From Acholeplasmataceae bacterium (lineage in GTDB: Bacteria; Bacillota_I; Bacilli_A; Acholeplasmatales; UBA5453), in NCBI GenBank assembly GCA_012837645.1, contig DUQU01000040.1:9834-73833 (forward strand): DNA of 64,000 bases, in the 5' to 3' direction. The notes under the pieces were generated by a model. That model saw nothing but the letters and a program-made list of their open reading frames with translations. It ran no database searches and was not told the DNA's origin. A program made the position numbers and the translations under genes. The first letter of the stretch is position 1. Each line of letters opens with the position of its first letter. This document shows positions 19,932-29,101 of the stretch, one piece after another.

Positions 19932-19985
19932 ATTATATCATAATTACTGTCTCATTCAAATAATTATGAAAAAATTTTCATAATT
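19932..19985 (-). promoter_or_regulatory. Promoter of the LacI-family gene with an adjacent AT-rich palindrome
   Basis: Minus strand: TTGAAT (19954-19959), 16 nt, TATAAT (19932-19937). Immediately upstream is AATTATGAAAA-aa-TTTTCATAATT (19962-19985), with 11-bp inverted arms containing TGAAAA..TTTTCA half-sites. Confidence 0.45.
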
Positions 19986-20005
19986 GTTTTTGGCACTTTA
20001 AAGGC

Positions 20006-20034
20006 TAAAAAAAAACACTCCGATAAGAGTGTCT
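20006..20034 (-). terminator. Intrinsic terminator after rplS
   Basis: Minus strand ACACTC-ttatcg-GAGTGT followed by T9. Confidence 0.75.
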
Positions 20035-20042
20035 TTCTTTAA

Positions 20043-20408
20043 TCATAACGTTCTTTTTTCTTTAATTCTCGCGGCTCTCGCTGATAGAGATCTAATGTAG
20101 TATAGTTTAGCTCTTCTAACTTTACCAACTCTCGTTACCTCGATTGAATCAATAATGGGCGAATGAACAGGAAATGTTCTTTCAACACCAACACCACTAG
20201 ATATTTTTCGTACTGTGAATGTCTCTGAAATGCCCCCACCTTGACGTTTAATAACTAACCCTTCAAAGAGCTGGGTTCTTTCTCTTGTACCTTCTTTAAT
20301 TTTAACATAAACTTTTACTGAATCTCCTGCTTTAAATTCAGGGATTTCTCTTAAATAAGATTTAGTAAGTTCAGTAATTAAAGCTTGGCCTTTTTCTTTA
20401 GCCATCAA
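20043..20408 (-). CDS. rplS: 50S ribosomal protein L19
   Basis: ...[62 protein letters not shown]... is canonical L19. Confidence 0.95.
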   Translation of the reverse strand: MMAKEKGQALITELTKSYLREIPEFKAGDSVKVYVKIKEGTRERTQLFEGLVIKRQGGGISETFTVRKISSGVGVERTFPVHSPIIDSIEVTRVGKVRRAKLYYIRSLSARAARIKEKRTL

Positions 20409-20498
20409 ATCACTCCTTTGCTTTCTTTCGGGCGTTCATATTGTCATAGCGGACCGCCTTAACCGATATACGGCCTAATTAATATATCATATTTTTGT
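20409..20498 (-). promoter_or_regulatory. Candidate L19 (rplS) autoregulatory leader
   Basis: A 90-nt trmD-rplS spacer that is unusually G+C-rich for this genome (GGCCGUAUAUCGGUUAAGGCGGUCCGCUAUGACAAUAUGAACGCCCGAAAG) and can form GGCG/CGCC and CCG/CGG helices. The position matches the Firmicute L19 leader. I have not verified it against a covariance model. Confidence 0.35.
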
Positions 20499-21230
20499 TT
20501 AGATATCAAGCGTTTTTTTCGCTTTTATCATTTCTAAAAAGATTTCATCTTCTTTTGTTAATTTTGCTTTTTTCAATAAATCTGGTCTTTTATAATAAGT
20601 TTCTTTTAAACTCATATAGCGGCGCCATTTTCTTATTTTTTCATGGTGGCCAGAAACTAAAACTTCAGGCACTTTATAGCCTTGGTAATCTTGCGGTTTA
20701 GTATAGTGGGGATGTTCTAATAAATTCTCTTCGAATGATTCGTTCTGATGAGAAGCCGCTTTAATAACGCCTTCTTGAAGCCTAGTAAGGCTGTCTACGA
20801 TAATAAGAGCTGCTAATTCTCCGCCTGTTAAAATATAATCACCAAGACTAATTTCTTCATCAACCAACTCCACTACTCTTTCATCAATACCTTCATAATG
20901 ACCTGCAAGTATTATTAAATGTTCTTCTTGAGCCCAGTTTTTCACTATTCCTTGATGATATAGCTTTCCTCGTGGTGATGGTAAAATAACTTTGCTGTTT
21001 TCTTTTTTCAAATCTTTTATCGCTCGATAGAAAGGCGGAAACATTAAAAGCATTCCTCCACCACCTCCATAAGGAGTGTCATCTACTTGAGAAGAAGACA
21101 AATCACTATAATCTCTTAAATTAACAACGTTAATATCAATTTTTTGATCTTCAATCGCTCTTTTAATAATCGATTCTTCTAAATACGCCGAAACCATCGC
21201 TGGAAAAATTGTTAAAATATCAACTTTCAT
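20499..21230 (-). CDS. trmD: tRNA (guanine37-N1)-methyltransferase
   Basis: MKVDILTIFP..., DDTPYGGGGGM, GHYEGIDERV, SLGDYILTGGE motifs. Confidence 0.95.
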   Translation of the reverse strand: MKVDILTIFPAMVSAYLEESIIKRAIEDQKIDINVVNLRDYSDLSSSQVDDTPYGGGGGMLLMFPPFYRAIKDLKKENSKVILPSPRGKLYHQGIVKNWAQEEHLIILAGHYEGIDERVVELVDEEISLGDYILTGGELAALIIVDSLTRLQEGVIKAASHQNESFEENLLEHPHYTKPQDYQGYKVPEVLVSGHHEKIRKWRRYMSLKETYYKRPDLLKKAKLTKEDEIFLEMIKAKKTLDI

Positions 21231-21718
21231 AATAAGCCTTCAATTTCATTAATGACGACTATCTCGCTAATTTCTTTTACAAAAACTTTATTAAATGGAA
21301 TTAATTTACTTCCCTCTTCTAATTCAACTCTAATCAAATGCCCTTGCGGCACTACTAACACCTCAATTATTTTACCTAAATGTTTGCCATTTTGATTATA
21401 AACTGCTTTTTCCAGCAAGTCATTATAATGATATTCATCATCGGCTAGATGAGGCTTTTCAAAAACATAAAGCTTTAAACCTTTTAAAATTAGTGCCTGT
21501 TCGATACTATCATAATCATAAAAGGATATAATTAATCCCTTAGGCGTCTCTTTAACAGTTTTAATAGTTAATTTTAAAGGCTTTAAGTTATTATCGTTAT
21601 GAGGGTAAAAGAAAACATCGCTATCTTTTTGATAACGATTAAAATCAGTTAACGGTTTTATTATTACCCCACCTTTAATTCCATGGGGTTTAGTAATTAT
21701 ACCTATTAAACAGCGCAT
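21227..21718 (-). CDS. rimM: 16S rRNA processing protein RimM
   Basis: IGIITKPHGIKGGV N-terminus, PRC-barrel C-terminus, and position between the KH protein and trmD. Confidence 0.85.
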   Translation of the reverse strand: MRCLIGIITKPHGIKGGVIIKPLTDFNRYQKDSDVFFYPHNDNNLKPLKLTIKTVKETPKGLIISFYDYDSIEQALILKGLKLYVFEKPHLADDEYHYNDLLEKAVYNQNGKHLGKIIEVLVVPQGHLIRVELEEGSKLIPFNKVFVKEISEIVVINEIEGLL

Positions 21719-21764
21719 TTTAAACTTTCTCCTTTAAAAATAAAACGCTTAAAGCGTTTTATAA

Positions 21765-22010
21765 TTAAAATGAATCAATATCAATTCTAATGTGCTTTCC
21801 TTCTTTAGAAGCGCCTGCATAAGCAATCGTTCTAATTGCCGATGCCATTCTTCCCCCTCTACCAATCACTCTTCCTAAATCATTTTCATTAACAATCACT
21901 TGAATAGTGATATCATTTCCACTAGAAAGAGTTTTAATAAGCACGTCCTCAGGGTGAAGCACGAGTGGCGTTATTATATTTTTAATTAGTTTTTCAAAAT
22001 CGATAGCCAT
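21765..22010 (-). CDS. KH-domain RNA-binding protein (YlqC family)
   Basis: 81 aa with GRVIGRGGRMASAIRTI (KH GxxG). Conserved position between rpsP and rimM. Confidence 0.85.
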   Translation of the reverse strand: MAIDFEKLIKNIITPLVLHPEDVLIKTLSSGNDITIQVIVNENDLGRVIGRGGRMASAIRTIAYAGASKEGKHIRIDIDSF

Positions 22011-22032
22011 TCTTTCACTCCTATCCTAGTTT

Positions 22033-22269
22033 TTAAATGCCGTGCTTTTTAAAAAGGGTTTTAACTGTATCGGTTGGCTTAGCACCGTTTTTTAACCATT
22101 TTTCAGCTTTTTCTTTATCAATTTTAACTGTTGCTGGCTCCGTTAAGGGATCATAAGTTCCAATAATTTCTAAAAATTTACCATCTCGCGGTGCAGTTAC
22201 ATTCGCTGCTACAATTCGATAAAATGGTCTCTTTTTAGCTCCGAAACGTTGTAGTCTAATTTTTACCAT
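22033..22269 (-). CDS. rpsP: 30S ribosomal protein S16
   Basis: [22 protein letters not shown]... is canonical S16. Confidence 0.95.
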   Translation of the reverse strand: MVKIRLQRFGAKKRPFYRIVAANVTAPRDGKFLEIIGTYDPLTEPATVKIDKEKAEKWLKNGAKPTDTVKTLFKKHGI

Positions 22270-22346
22270 ATCTTTCTACTCCTTTAATTAATTCTATTAA
22301 TATTATAACTAATTAATAGAGTCTGTCAAGTCTTTTTTCTTAACAG

Positions 22347-22592
22347 CTAGTTTAGATCGATATTTATTTCTGGAGTATCTAATAAACTTTGCTCAAAAGA
22401 ACGAACGCCTTTAATCTTCTTTAATTCCGCAATAAAGGCTTTTTCTTGATCGTTATCGACATAAAGAGTTAAATATTTGTTTTTATTGGAAATATAATAA
22501 ACATCAACTACTTTAATCCTTTTGATTTTTCTTAACGCGCCACGATGACGAAAATAAACAATATAACATAATCTATTTAACAAAACAACCAA
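22347..22592 (-). CDS. UPF0298/DUF2129 (YlbG-like) small protein
   Basis: The pattern ..IVYFRHRGALRKIKRIKVVDVYYISNKNKYLTLYVDNDQ...IKGVRSFEQS matches my recollection of YlbG-family proteins. There is no in-frame ATG (TTG at 22592 or 22583). Overlaps the upstream gene's 3' end. Confidence 0.55.
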   Translation of the reverse strand: MVVLLNRLCYIVYFRHRGALRKIKRIKVVDVYYISNKNKYLTLYVDNDQEKAFIAELKKIKGVRSFEQSLLDTPEINIDLN

Positions 22593-22989
22593 GCTCCTTT
22601 TTCAAAATATATGGCGAAATACAATCAGCTATTTCAGTCATTAATTCTTCTAAATATTTGTTTAACCTTTCCTCTAGTTTAAAGTAGTCTTTAACTTCTT
22701 CTTTTAAATAGAGTTTCATTTTAACTTTTTGATAATCTTTTAATATTTTTTGATAATCGGGATAATAAGGACCAATATTAAAGGCCTCTTTAAATAACTT
22801 AAATTTTTTATGATATTCTTTTAAAAGTTCTTCATATTTAAATTCAATCAATTGATTTAATTCCACCAACTCAAGAAAGAGCGCCGATGATTTAATTTCA
22901 TCCAAAACATCATATGTTTTCGCCAATATTTCTGTGGTCACTTTTATCACCACTTTCATTTTAACATATTTCGCTTTTAAAATTATCAT
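22573..22989 (-). CDS. YlbF/YmcA (RicF/RicA)-family protein
   Basis: Helical ~130 aa protein. ...EIKSSALFLELVELNQLIE...YQKVKMKLYLKEEVKDYFKLEERLNKYLEEL...CIS resembles the Com_YlbF family. The start is uncertain (22989 or the Met at 22959). Confidence 0.5.
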   Translation of the reverse strand: MIILKAKYVKMKVVIKVTTEILAKTYDVLDEIKSSALFLELVELNQLIEFKYEELLKEYHKKFKLFKEAFNIGPYYPDYQKILKDYQKVKMKLYLKEEVKDYFKLEERLNKYLEELMTEIADCISPYILKKELGCFVK

Positions 22990-23027
22990 CGATATTTTTT
23001 TATGTTATAATCAAAGCGGTGATTATA

Positions 23028-23606
23028 ATGATTTTAATGAAAGATATTATTAGAGAAGGACATCCTAACTTAACAAAAAAATCAAAAAAGATATCGCTTC
23101 CTGCCTCTAAAAAAGATCAAGAATTAGGGGTTAGCTTACTTACCTATTGCATTGTTTCTCAAAATGAAGAACTCAATGAACTTTATCAACTCCGACCTGG
23201 TGTTGGTCTTTCAGCTGTCCAAATCAATGTTTTAAAAAGAATCTTTGCAATGCATTTATATGATTTTGATGGAACGCTTTATTCTTATATTATTAGTAAT
23301 CCCGTTATCACTTATAAATCTAAAGAACTTATTTACTTAAATGGTGGTGAAGGTTGCCTCTCTGTCGATCGAGAAACTGAAGGAATCACTCCTAGACATA
23401 AAGTCATTAAAGCGCAAGCCTTTGTTTATGATTTAAATGAAAAAAGATTTAAGCCTCGTGAATTAACGCTAAAGGGCTTACCAGCAATCGTTTTTCAACA
23501 CGAATATGATCATTTAGAAGGAATTTTATATGTTAGTAAACTTTTTGATGAACTTCCTGACGCTAAACCGTTAATAGAAAAGGAAACTCACGAGAACTCA
23601 CTTTAA
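23028..23606 (+). CDS. def: Peptide deformylase
   Basis: GVGLSAVQI, GGEGCLSV and QHEYDHLEG metal-binding motifs. The ORF track begins at GTG 23019. ATG 23028 follows GGTGA; ATG 23037 is also possible. Confidence 0.9.
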   Translation: MILMKDIIREGHPNLTKKSKKISLPASKKDQELGVSLLTYCIVSQNEELNELYQLRPGVGLSAVQINVLKRIFAMHLYDFDGTLYSYIISNPVITYKSKELIYLNGGEGCLSVDRETEGITPRHKVIKAQAFVYDLNEKRFKPRELTLKGLPAIVFQHEYDHLEGILYVSKLFDELPDAKPLIEKETHENSL

Positions 23607-24428
23607 GATCTTTTCAAGCAAATTTAACTGCAGTGATACTAATTCACCATAAGTTAAATCAGACTCTTTTGTTAAAGCTAATTTTTCTTCAATAAAAAGA
23701 TGGGATTTATGTTGTTTACCTTTGAAAAAAGGTAATCTTTTTTTATATAAATTTAATCTTTTTTCATGATAGTTAGACAAATTACAGTCAAATAAAACAT
23801 CGCCTTTAAACTTATTTAACTTTAATCTTTCAGCCATCTCCATTGTTTGCGCTTTACCATAACCTAATAAAGTAGGCTCATTATCTTCATTAACATCGTA
23901 AAAAACAACAATATCAATATTATTTTTTAAAAGGCGATAATAAGCCGAAATGGACTTTTCAAAAATAGCGCATTTCGCAGCGTCAAAAACCAAGTTAAGG
24001 TCTTTTATTTCGGTAATAATAAAAGCTAAAATAGCACTATCAATTTGATAATCGATATGAAAAGATAGTTTGATTTTGTTTTGTTTGAATTTTCTAATTA
24101 AACTTTTTAAAACCTCAATTAAAAGTTTCTTCTCAGCATTAAAATCGATTAGTTTTGGTAAATTTATAAAAAGATGATTAACGTTAAATAATTTGGCAAT
24201 ATCGCTTAGTTTATCGGTTTCAAAATCAGCAGTTAAAAGATAATCAAAAGGAAGATCTAACCAACCAACTTTAATTTTATCTTTTTTAAATTGCGCCACA
24301 ATTTCTGTTAGTTCTTTTTCTGGTATTTTCAGGATTTTTTTACCATTTATCTTTCTTAGGGGCAGGGATGGTAATTTCAGTTCCTGATAATAATTTAAAA
24401 TTCCATTATCTAGATAAACACTAATCAT
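23598..24428 (-). CDS. Hypothetical protein (no family recognised by eye)
   Basis: 276-aa uninterrupted ORF whose start overlaps the upstream methyltransferase gene by 8 nt. No motif I can name. Confidence 0.5.
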   Translation of the reverse strand: MISVYLDNGILNYYQELKLPSLPLRKINGKKILKIPEKELTEIVAQFKKDKIKVGWLDLPFDYLLTADFETDKLSDIAKLFNVNHLFINLPKLIDFNAEKKLLIEVLKSLIRKFKQNKIKLSFHIDYQIDSAILAFIITEIKDLNLVFDAAKCAIFEKSISAYYRLLKNNIDIVVFYDVNEDNEPTLLGYGKAQTMEMAERLKLNKFKGDVLFDCNLSNYHEKRLNLYKKRLPFFKGKQHKSHLFIEEKLALTKESDLTYGELVSLQLNLLEKILK

Positions 24429-25128
24429 CGTTTAGCCTCGACATTAAAATCGCCCCCGCATGACCAACATTTAATGATTCTATTTTATTAATTTTTAATT
24501 TAACAACTAAATCAGCCATCGCTAACACTTCCTTTTTAATCCCCTCTCCTTCATTACCTAATATTAACACCTTTTTTGCTTTAATTTTAGCGTCATTATT
24601 AAACTCTTCGCCATCGATATCAGCGGCGAGTAAAAAATACTCCTCTTTTTTTAAAACTTGCAATTCTTTTTTTAAATCAGCTCTCAATAGATTAGCATAA
24701 AAAAGCGCCCCTTGGCTCGCTCTAATTGTCTTCTCATTATAAAAATCACCACTCTTTAAAGAGGCGATAATAGTAGTAAAGTTAAATGCTACTGCTGTCC
24801 TTATTAAAGCACCAACATTAGCAGGATCTTGAACATCAGCTAATACTAGGACTTGATCGCTTTTTGGTTTTATAGAAGGTTTTCTTACGACGGCGACAGT
24901 CTCAAAAGGAGTTTTTGTTTCTTTTAATTTAATCATAATCTCTTTATCAATTAAAATTCCTTCTTTTTCAGGATTAGTTGTATAAATGCTTTCAATTAAA
25001 TTATTTTCCTTCGCTGCTGCAATCAAGTGGTCGCCAAAAACCAAAAACAAGCCGCTTTGGTCGCGATATTTTTTAAGTTTTAATTTAAACAAGGCTTTAA
25101 TTTGTTGGTTCGCTAATGAGGTTATCAC
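24421..25128 (-). CDS. TrmH/SpoU-family RNA 2'-O-methyltransferase
   Basis: C-terminal SPOUT motifs: DPANVGALIRTA, LILGNEGEGI, ESLNVGHAGAIL. Confidence 0.8.
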   Translation of the reverse strand: MITSLANQQIKALFKLKLKKYRDQSGLFLVFGDHLIAAAKENNLIESIYTTNPEKEGILIDKEIMIKLKETKTPFETVAVVRKPSIKPKSDQVLVLADVQDPANVGALIRTAVAFNFTTIIASLKSGDFYNEKTIRASQGALFYANLLRADLKKELQVLKKEEYFLLAADIDGEEFNNDAKIKAKKVLILGNEGEGIKKEVLAMADLVVKLKINKIESLNVGHAGAILMSRLNDD

Positions 25129-26365
25129 CTTTTAATGCCTCCCATATTTCTTGACTATCAAAACCGTAGTTAGCTAAAGAGATTGTTGTCTCGGGTGTAA
25201 TAGTAATTATTTTACTTTCTTTAACAATTTCTTCAATTAGTTCTTGAAAATCACTAATAAATGATTCATAATACTCAGCTCTTTTAATAGTTGGCTTCGT
25301 CACCGGGTTTTTAGGAAGATAAATAGTACAACAATCTTCAAATGGCCTAATGGAAATTTCTTTAGTTTTAATTTGATCCGCTATTTTAATTATATCTTTC
25401 TTATCAAAACTTATTAATGGTCTTAAAATAGGAATGTTTCCAACCTTTTCGATTGTAATAAGGCTTTCGATAGTTTGACTAGCTACTTGTCCTAATGACT
25501 CTCCAGTAACTAAAGCTTGTAAATTTCTTTTAAAAGCGATTGCTTCAGCTATTCGAATCATCATCCTTCTCATAATAGTAACGTGATACGATTCATTAAT
25601 ATTTGTTAAGATTGCTTGATGCATTTTTAAAAATGGAATCATTACAACTTTAAATTGATGGTTAACGGTATAAAGTGCTAACTCTTTACCAATATCAATT
25701 ATTTTTTGAAGCGATTCAACTGGTGTTAGTGGTGTCGATTCAAAATGAAGCCCTTCTACTAACAATCCTTGTTTCATCATTAAAAAACCAGCGACAGGTG
25801 AATCAATACCACCGCTTAATAAAAGTCCTGCTTTTCCCCCTACACCAACGGGAAAGCCACCCAATCCTTTTACAGTTTTCAAAAAGAGGAAGGCGCCTTC
25901 TTCTCTAATTTCAATCGTTAATAAATGCTGTGGCTGATGAAGATCGACATTAACAGGTACCAGAATCCCTTTTAAAATTTCTGGTGCGACTATTTTAGTT
26001 ATTTCTGGGGATGTATACGGATATTTTTTATCCGCCCTTTTAACATTTATTTTAAGTGTTTCAGCTTCTTTTATTTCTTTATTTAAAATTGAAATAGCAG
26101 TTTCAATAATTTCTTTTAATTCACGCCCGCTTTTTTTAACAAAACTAAAAGAGTAAATTCCCGTTACTCTTTGTAGTCTTTCTTCAATCAAATAATGAGG
26201 AGTCTCGTTAAGCGTTAAATAAACACGATCATGTTTTCTAATAATATCAACATCTAAATCACGAAAATTTTGAGCAATAATATTATTAACCCGGTCAATA
26301 AAGCTCTTCCTATTTCTTCCCTTTAACATTAAGTCGCCATAGCGGATTAAAACTTTATCGTACAT
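25097..26365 (-). CDS. thiI: tRNA 4-thiouridine synthase ThiI
   Basis: N-terminal ferredoxin-like/THUMP region (IRYGDLMLKGRNR) and PP-loop LLLSGGIDSPVA. ATG 26365 follows GGTGA. Confidence 0.85.
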   Translation of the reverse strand: MYDKVLIRYGDLMLKGRNRKSFIDRVNNIIAQNFRDLDVDIIRKHDRVYLTLNETPHYLIEERLQRVTGIYSFSFVKKSGRELKEIIETAISILNKEIKEAETLKINVKRADKKYPYTSPEITKIVAPEILKGILVPVNVDLHQPQHLLTIEIREEGAFLFLKTVKGLGGFPVGVGGKAGLLLSGGIDSPVAGFLMMKQGLLVEGLHFESTPLTPVESLQKIIDIGKELALYTVNHQFKVVMIPFLKMHQAILTNINESYHVTIMRRMMIRIAEAIAFKRNLQALVTGESLGQVASQTIESLITIEKVGNIPILRPLISFDKKDIIKIADQIKTKEISIRPFEDCCTIYLPKNPVTKPTIKRAEYYESFISDFQELIEEIVKESKIITITPETTISLANYGFDSQEIWEALKGDNLISEPTN

Positions 26366-26430
26366 AACTATCACCGCTCTTATTTTAGCATAGTTTTTGA
26401 AAAATGTGCTATTATATTAAAGGTGATATA

Positions 26431-26880
26431 ATGGAAAAACTACTTAAAACTGCCCAATCCCTTTTTAAAGAAGCACCAAATAACATTGCTTTATTGGCTA
26501 ATGCGAGTGCTTTTATTATGGATAATTTTCCTTATTTAAATTGGGTGGGATTTTATTTGAAATCAGATAATTATTTAATCTTAGGTCCCTTTCAAGGGAA
26601 GGTTGCATGTGAGAAAATTTTAATTAATGAAGGCGTTTGCGGAAAAGCATTTTTTAATAATGAGGTTATCGCTGTCAATGATGTCAATCTTTTTGATGGT
26701 CATATTAGTTGCGATTCTAATTCAAAAAGCGAGTTAGTCGTACCCTTAGTTAAAAATAATCATAAAATAGGTGTTTTAGATCTCGATAGTTATTTATTTA
26801 AGCGCTTTGATGAAGAAACTATCAACGCTGTCAAGGCGATAGTTAACGCCTTAATGGGCTCTTACAATTTTTCTAGTTGA
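26431..26880 (+). CDS. GAF-domain protein (free methionine-R-sulfoxide reductase/YtsP-like)
   Basis: ~150 aa. NWVGFYL...LGPFQG..AC..I..GVCG....N...V.DV..F.GHI.CD..S.SE.V.P is the single-GAF fRMsr-like pattern. ATG 26431 follows AAAGGTGA. Confidence 0.7.
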   Translation: MEKLLKTAQSLFKEAPNNIALLANASAFIMDNFPYLNWVGFYLKSDNYLILGPFQGKVACEKILINEGVCGKAFFNNEVIAVNDVNLFDGHISCDSNSKSELVVPLVKNNHKIGVLDLDSYLFKRFDEETINAVKAIVNALMGSYNFSS

Positions 26881-27064
26881 CAGATTAACATGATTTGATA
26901 TAATATATTAGTTGGTTAAAAGCAAGCAAAAACTTTATTTAACTAATAATCGCTACCCGAAGGGGCACTTAGTAACCTTTATTGCTTTAAGGCGAACGGG
27001 AAATGACTGATTACTTAAATAAATAATTGCACTTTTACCCCAAATATAAAAAGGAGGTAAAAAA
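26877..27064 (+). promoter_or_regulatory. rpsD promoter and long 5' leader (candidate S4 autoregulatory leader)
   Basis: TTGACA (26877-26882), 16 nt, TATAAT (26899-26904) with TG at -15/-14. The resulting ~155-nt untranslated leader contains G+C-rich segments (CGCUACCCGAAGGGGCACUUAG, GGCGAACGGGAAAUG). B. subtilis rpsD is known to be autoregulated through its leader. The structure here is not verified. Confidence 0.45.
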
Positions 27065-27664
27065 ATGAGTCGTTATCGAGGACCATCTTGGAAAATTTCA
27101 AGAAGATTAGGTTATTCTATTAGTGAAACAGGCAAGGAACTTAAAAAACGTCCTTATGCACCTGGTCAACATGGGCAAAGACGTTCTAAACTAAGTGACT
27201 ATGGATTACAGCTTCAAGAAAAACAAAAAGTTCGTTACACCTATGGTGTTAGTGAAAAACAGTTTTTAAAAACATTTAATGAAGCAAACAAAATGGCCGG
27301 TGTTCACGGGGAAAACTTTATTAAGTTATTAGAAAGTAGATTAGACAATGTCGTTTATCGATTAGGATTTGCTAATACAAGAGCGCAAGCAAGACAATTA
27401 GTAAATCATGGTCATATTTTAGTCGATGGTAATAAGGTTGATATTCCTTCTTATCGTTTGATTCCAGGTCAAAAAGTGTCTTTAAAAGAATCTTCCCAAA
27501 ACTTAAAAATAGTTAACCAAGCTTTAGAAGCGATTGCCTTAAGAAAAGAGTTTGTTAATTATGACGAAGAAACTAAAATAGGCACCTTTGCTAGATATCC
27601 AGAAAGAAATGAAGTCTTACCAGAGATAAAAGAAAACTTAATTGTTGAATTTTATAACAGATAA
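27065..27664 (+). CDS. rpsD: 30S ribosomal protein S4
   Basis: [16 protein letters not shown]..., with an S4 RNA-binding domain ([31 protein letters not shown]). Confidence 0.95.
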   Translation: MSRYRGPSWKISRRLGYSISETGKELKKRPYAPGQHGQRRSKLSDYGLQLQEKQKVRYTYGVSEKQFLKTFNEANKMAGVHGENFIKLLESRLDNVVYRLGFANTRAQARQLVNHGHILVDGNKVDIPSYRLIPGQKVSLKESSQNLKIVNQALEAIALRKEFVNYDEETKIGTFARYPERNEVLPEIKENLIVEFYNR

Positions 27665-27668
27665 AATT

Positions 27669-27693
27669 AAATCCCACTTCGGGATTTTTTTTA
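27669..27693 (+). terminator. Intrinsic terminator after rpsD
   Basis: ATCCC-acttc-GGGAT followed by T8. Confidence 0.75.
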
Positions 27694-27705
27694 TCTAATA
27701 GAGCA

Positions 27706-27737
27706 CTAAAAAAACCCTTAACAAAAGGGTTTTCTTT
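27706..27737 (-). terminator. Intrinsic terminator after tpiA
   Basis: Minus strand AACCCTT-ttgtt-AAGGGTT followed by a T-run. Confidence 0.7.
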
Positions 27738-27767
27738 AATTATTATAAATCGTTTTCCTTGCTTTAA

Positions 27768-28526
27768 TTATTTATTTTTAGCAGCGTTAACTAAACTTAA
27801 AAAGCTACTCGCTTCTAAAGAAGCACCACCTACAAGTGCGCCATCAATGTTTTTTTGTTGTAATAATTCTTTCACATTAGCAGGAGTTACCGAACCACCA
27901 TATAAAATTCTAATTTGATCTGCTATTTCTTTTCCATAAAGGGATGTTAAAACAGTTCTTATCGCCGCTATTGTTTCTTCAGCTTGCATTGGAGTGGCAG
28001 TTTTACCTGTCCCAATAGCCCAAATCGGTTCATAAGCAACAATCACAGTAAGCGCCTCTTCTTTACTAACGTTTGAAAAAGCTTTTTTAATTTGAGCCTC
28101 CACATAGAGATCAGTTTTTCCTTCTTCTCTAACTTGTAAAGATTCTCCTACGCATAATATTGGTGTTAAGTCATACTCAAAAGCAGCTAACAATTTTTGA
28201 TTAACACTCTCATCGGTTTCATTAAACATTTCTCTTCTTTCGCTATGCCCGATTAAAACATAACTTACTCCGGTTGTTTCTAAAAGTCGTGGCGAAGTTT
28301 CTCCAGTGAATGCTCCTTTTTCTTTAAAATGCATATTTTGAGCACCTATCTTTAAGTCTTCACCTTGTCTCTTTACTAAATCTCTTAGTAAAACATCACT
28401 TGCACAAATAACCGTTTCCACTTCTTCAAAAGGAGGTACTTCTTGATTTATTGCATAAATAAATTGCAGTGCCTCATCTCTTGTTTTATTCATCTTCCAA
28501 TTTCCTGCCATCACAGGTTTTCTCAT
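27768..28526 (-). CDS. tpiA: Triose-phosphate isomerase
   Basis: MRKPVMAGNWKMN, IGHSERR, AYEPIWAIGTG motifs. ATG 28526 (or 28532) follows GGAG. The ORF-track start (28589) would overlap the upstream regulator gene. Confidence 0.95.
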   Translation of the reverse strand: MRKPVMAGNWKMNKTRDEALQFIYAINQEVPPFEEVETVICASDVLLRDLVKRQGEDLKIGAQNMHFKEKGAFTGETSPRLLETTGVSYVLIGHSERREMFNETDESVNQKLLAAFEYDLTPILCVGESLQVREEGKTDLYVEAQIKKAFSNVSKEEALTVIVAYEPIWAIGTGKTATPMQAEETIAAIRTVLTSLYGKEIADQIRILYGGSVTPANVKELLQQKNIDGALVGGASLEASSFLSLVNAAKNK

Positions 28527-28561
28527 TATCATCGACTCCTTTAATAATATCTTACTTGTAG

Positions 28562-29101
28562 TTAAAACATTGGTGGGGTGGAAACCCACAATACTTTAGC
28601 CACTTTATCACTAGCATTAATTAAATAATGCTCTTTATTTGCTAAATAATAAAATGATTCTCCCTTTTTTATTATATATCTTTTCTTATTTAATACAAGA
28701 ATTATTTCCCCTTCTAAAAGATAACCAAACTCTTCTCCAGCATGAGGGTTATCAAAACTAGATTGTCCGCCTGGCTCTATTTCAATAATAATAGGCTCCA
28801 TCTCATATTTTAAAGCATTAGGAACAATCCAACTAATAACATGCTTCAAGGCTTCATTTTCTTGAATGAAAAAATCTTCTTTCCCGTGGACAACTTGATC
28901 ATCTAAATTGGTGTCAAAAAAATCTCCAGGATTAGTTCCTAAAACATCCAAAAGTGAAAAGAATGTTTCCATTGAAGGGCTAGAAATATTGCGTTCAATT
29001 TGAGAAATATAACCTTTTGTTAATTCCAATCTATTAGCGAGTTCTTGCTGTGTTAGGCCATTTTCTAGCCTCAGTTGTTTTATTTTACTACCAATGTCCA
29101 T
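28562..29101 (-). CDS. XRE-family HTH + cupin-domain transcriptional regulator
   Basis: N-terminus IKQLRLENGLTQQELANRLELTKGYISQIERN (HTH_3). The C-terminal ~90 aa have a cupin pattern (..PHAGEEFGYLLEGEIILVLNKKRYIIKKGESFYY...H). Its ATG overlaps the pgk TAA by one base (TAATG). Confidence 0.8.
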   Translation of the reverse strand: MDIGSKIKQLRLENGLTQQELANRLELTKGYISQIERNISSPSMETFFSLLDVLGTNPGDFFDTNLDDQVVHGKEDFFIQENEALKHVISWIVPNALKYEMEPIIIEIEPGGQSSFDNPHAGEEFGYLLEGEIILVLNKKRYIIKKGESFYYLANKEHYLINASDKVAKVLWVSTPPMF

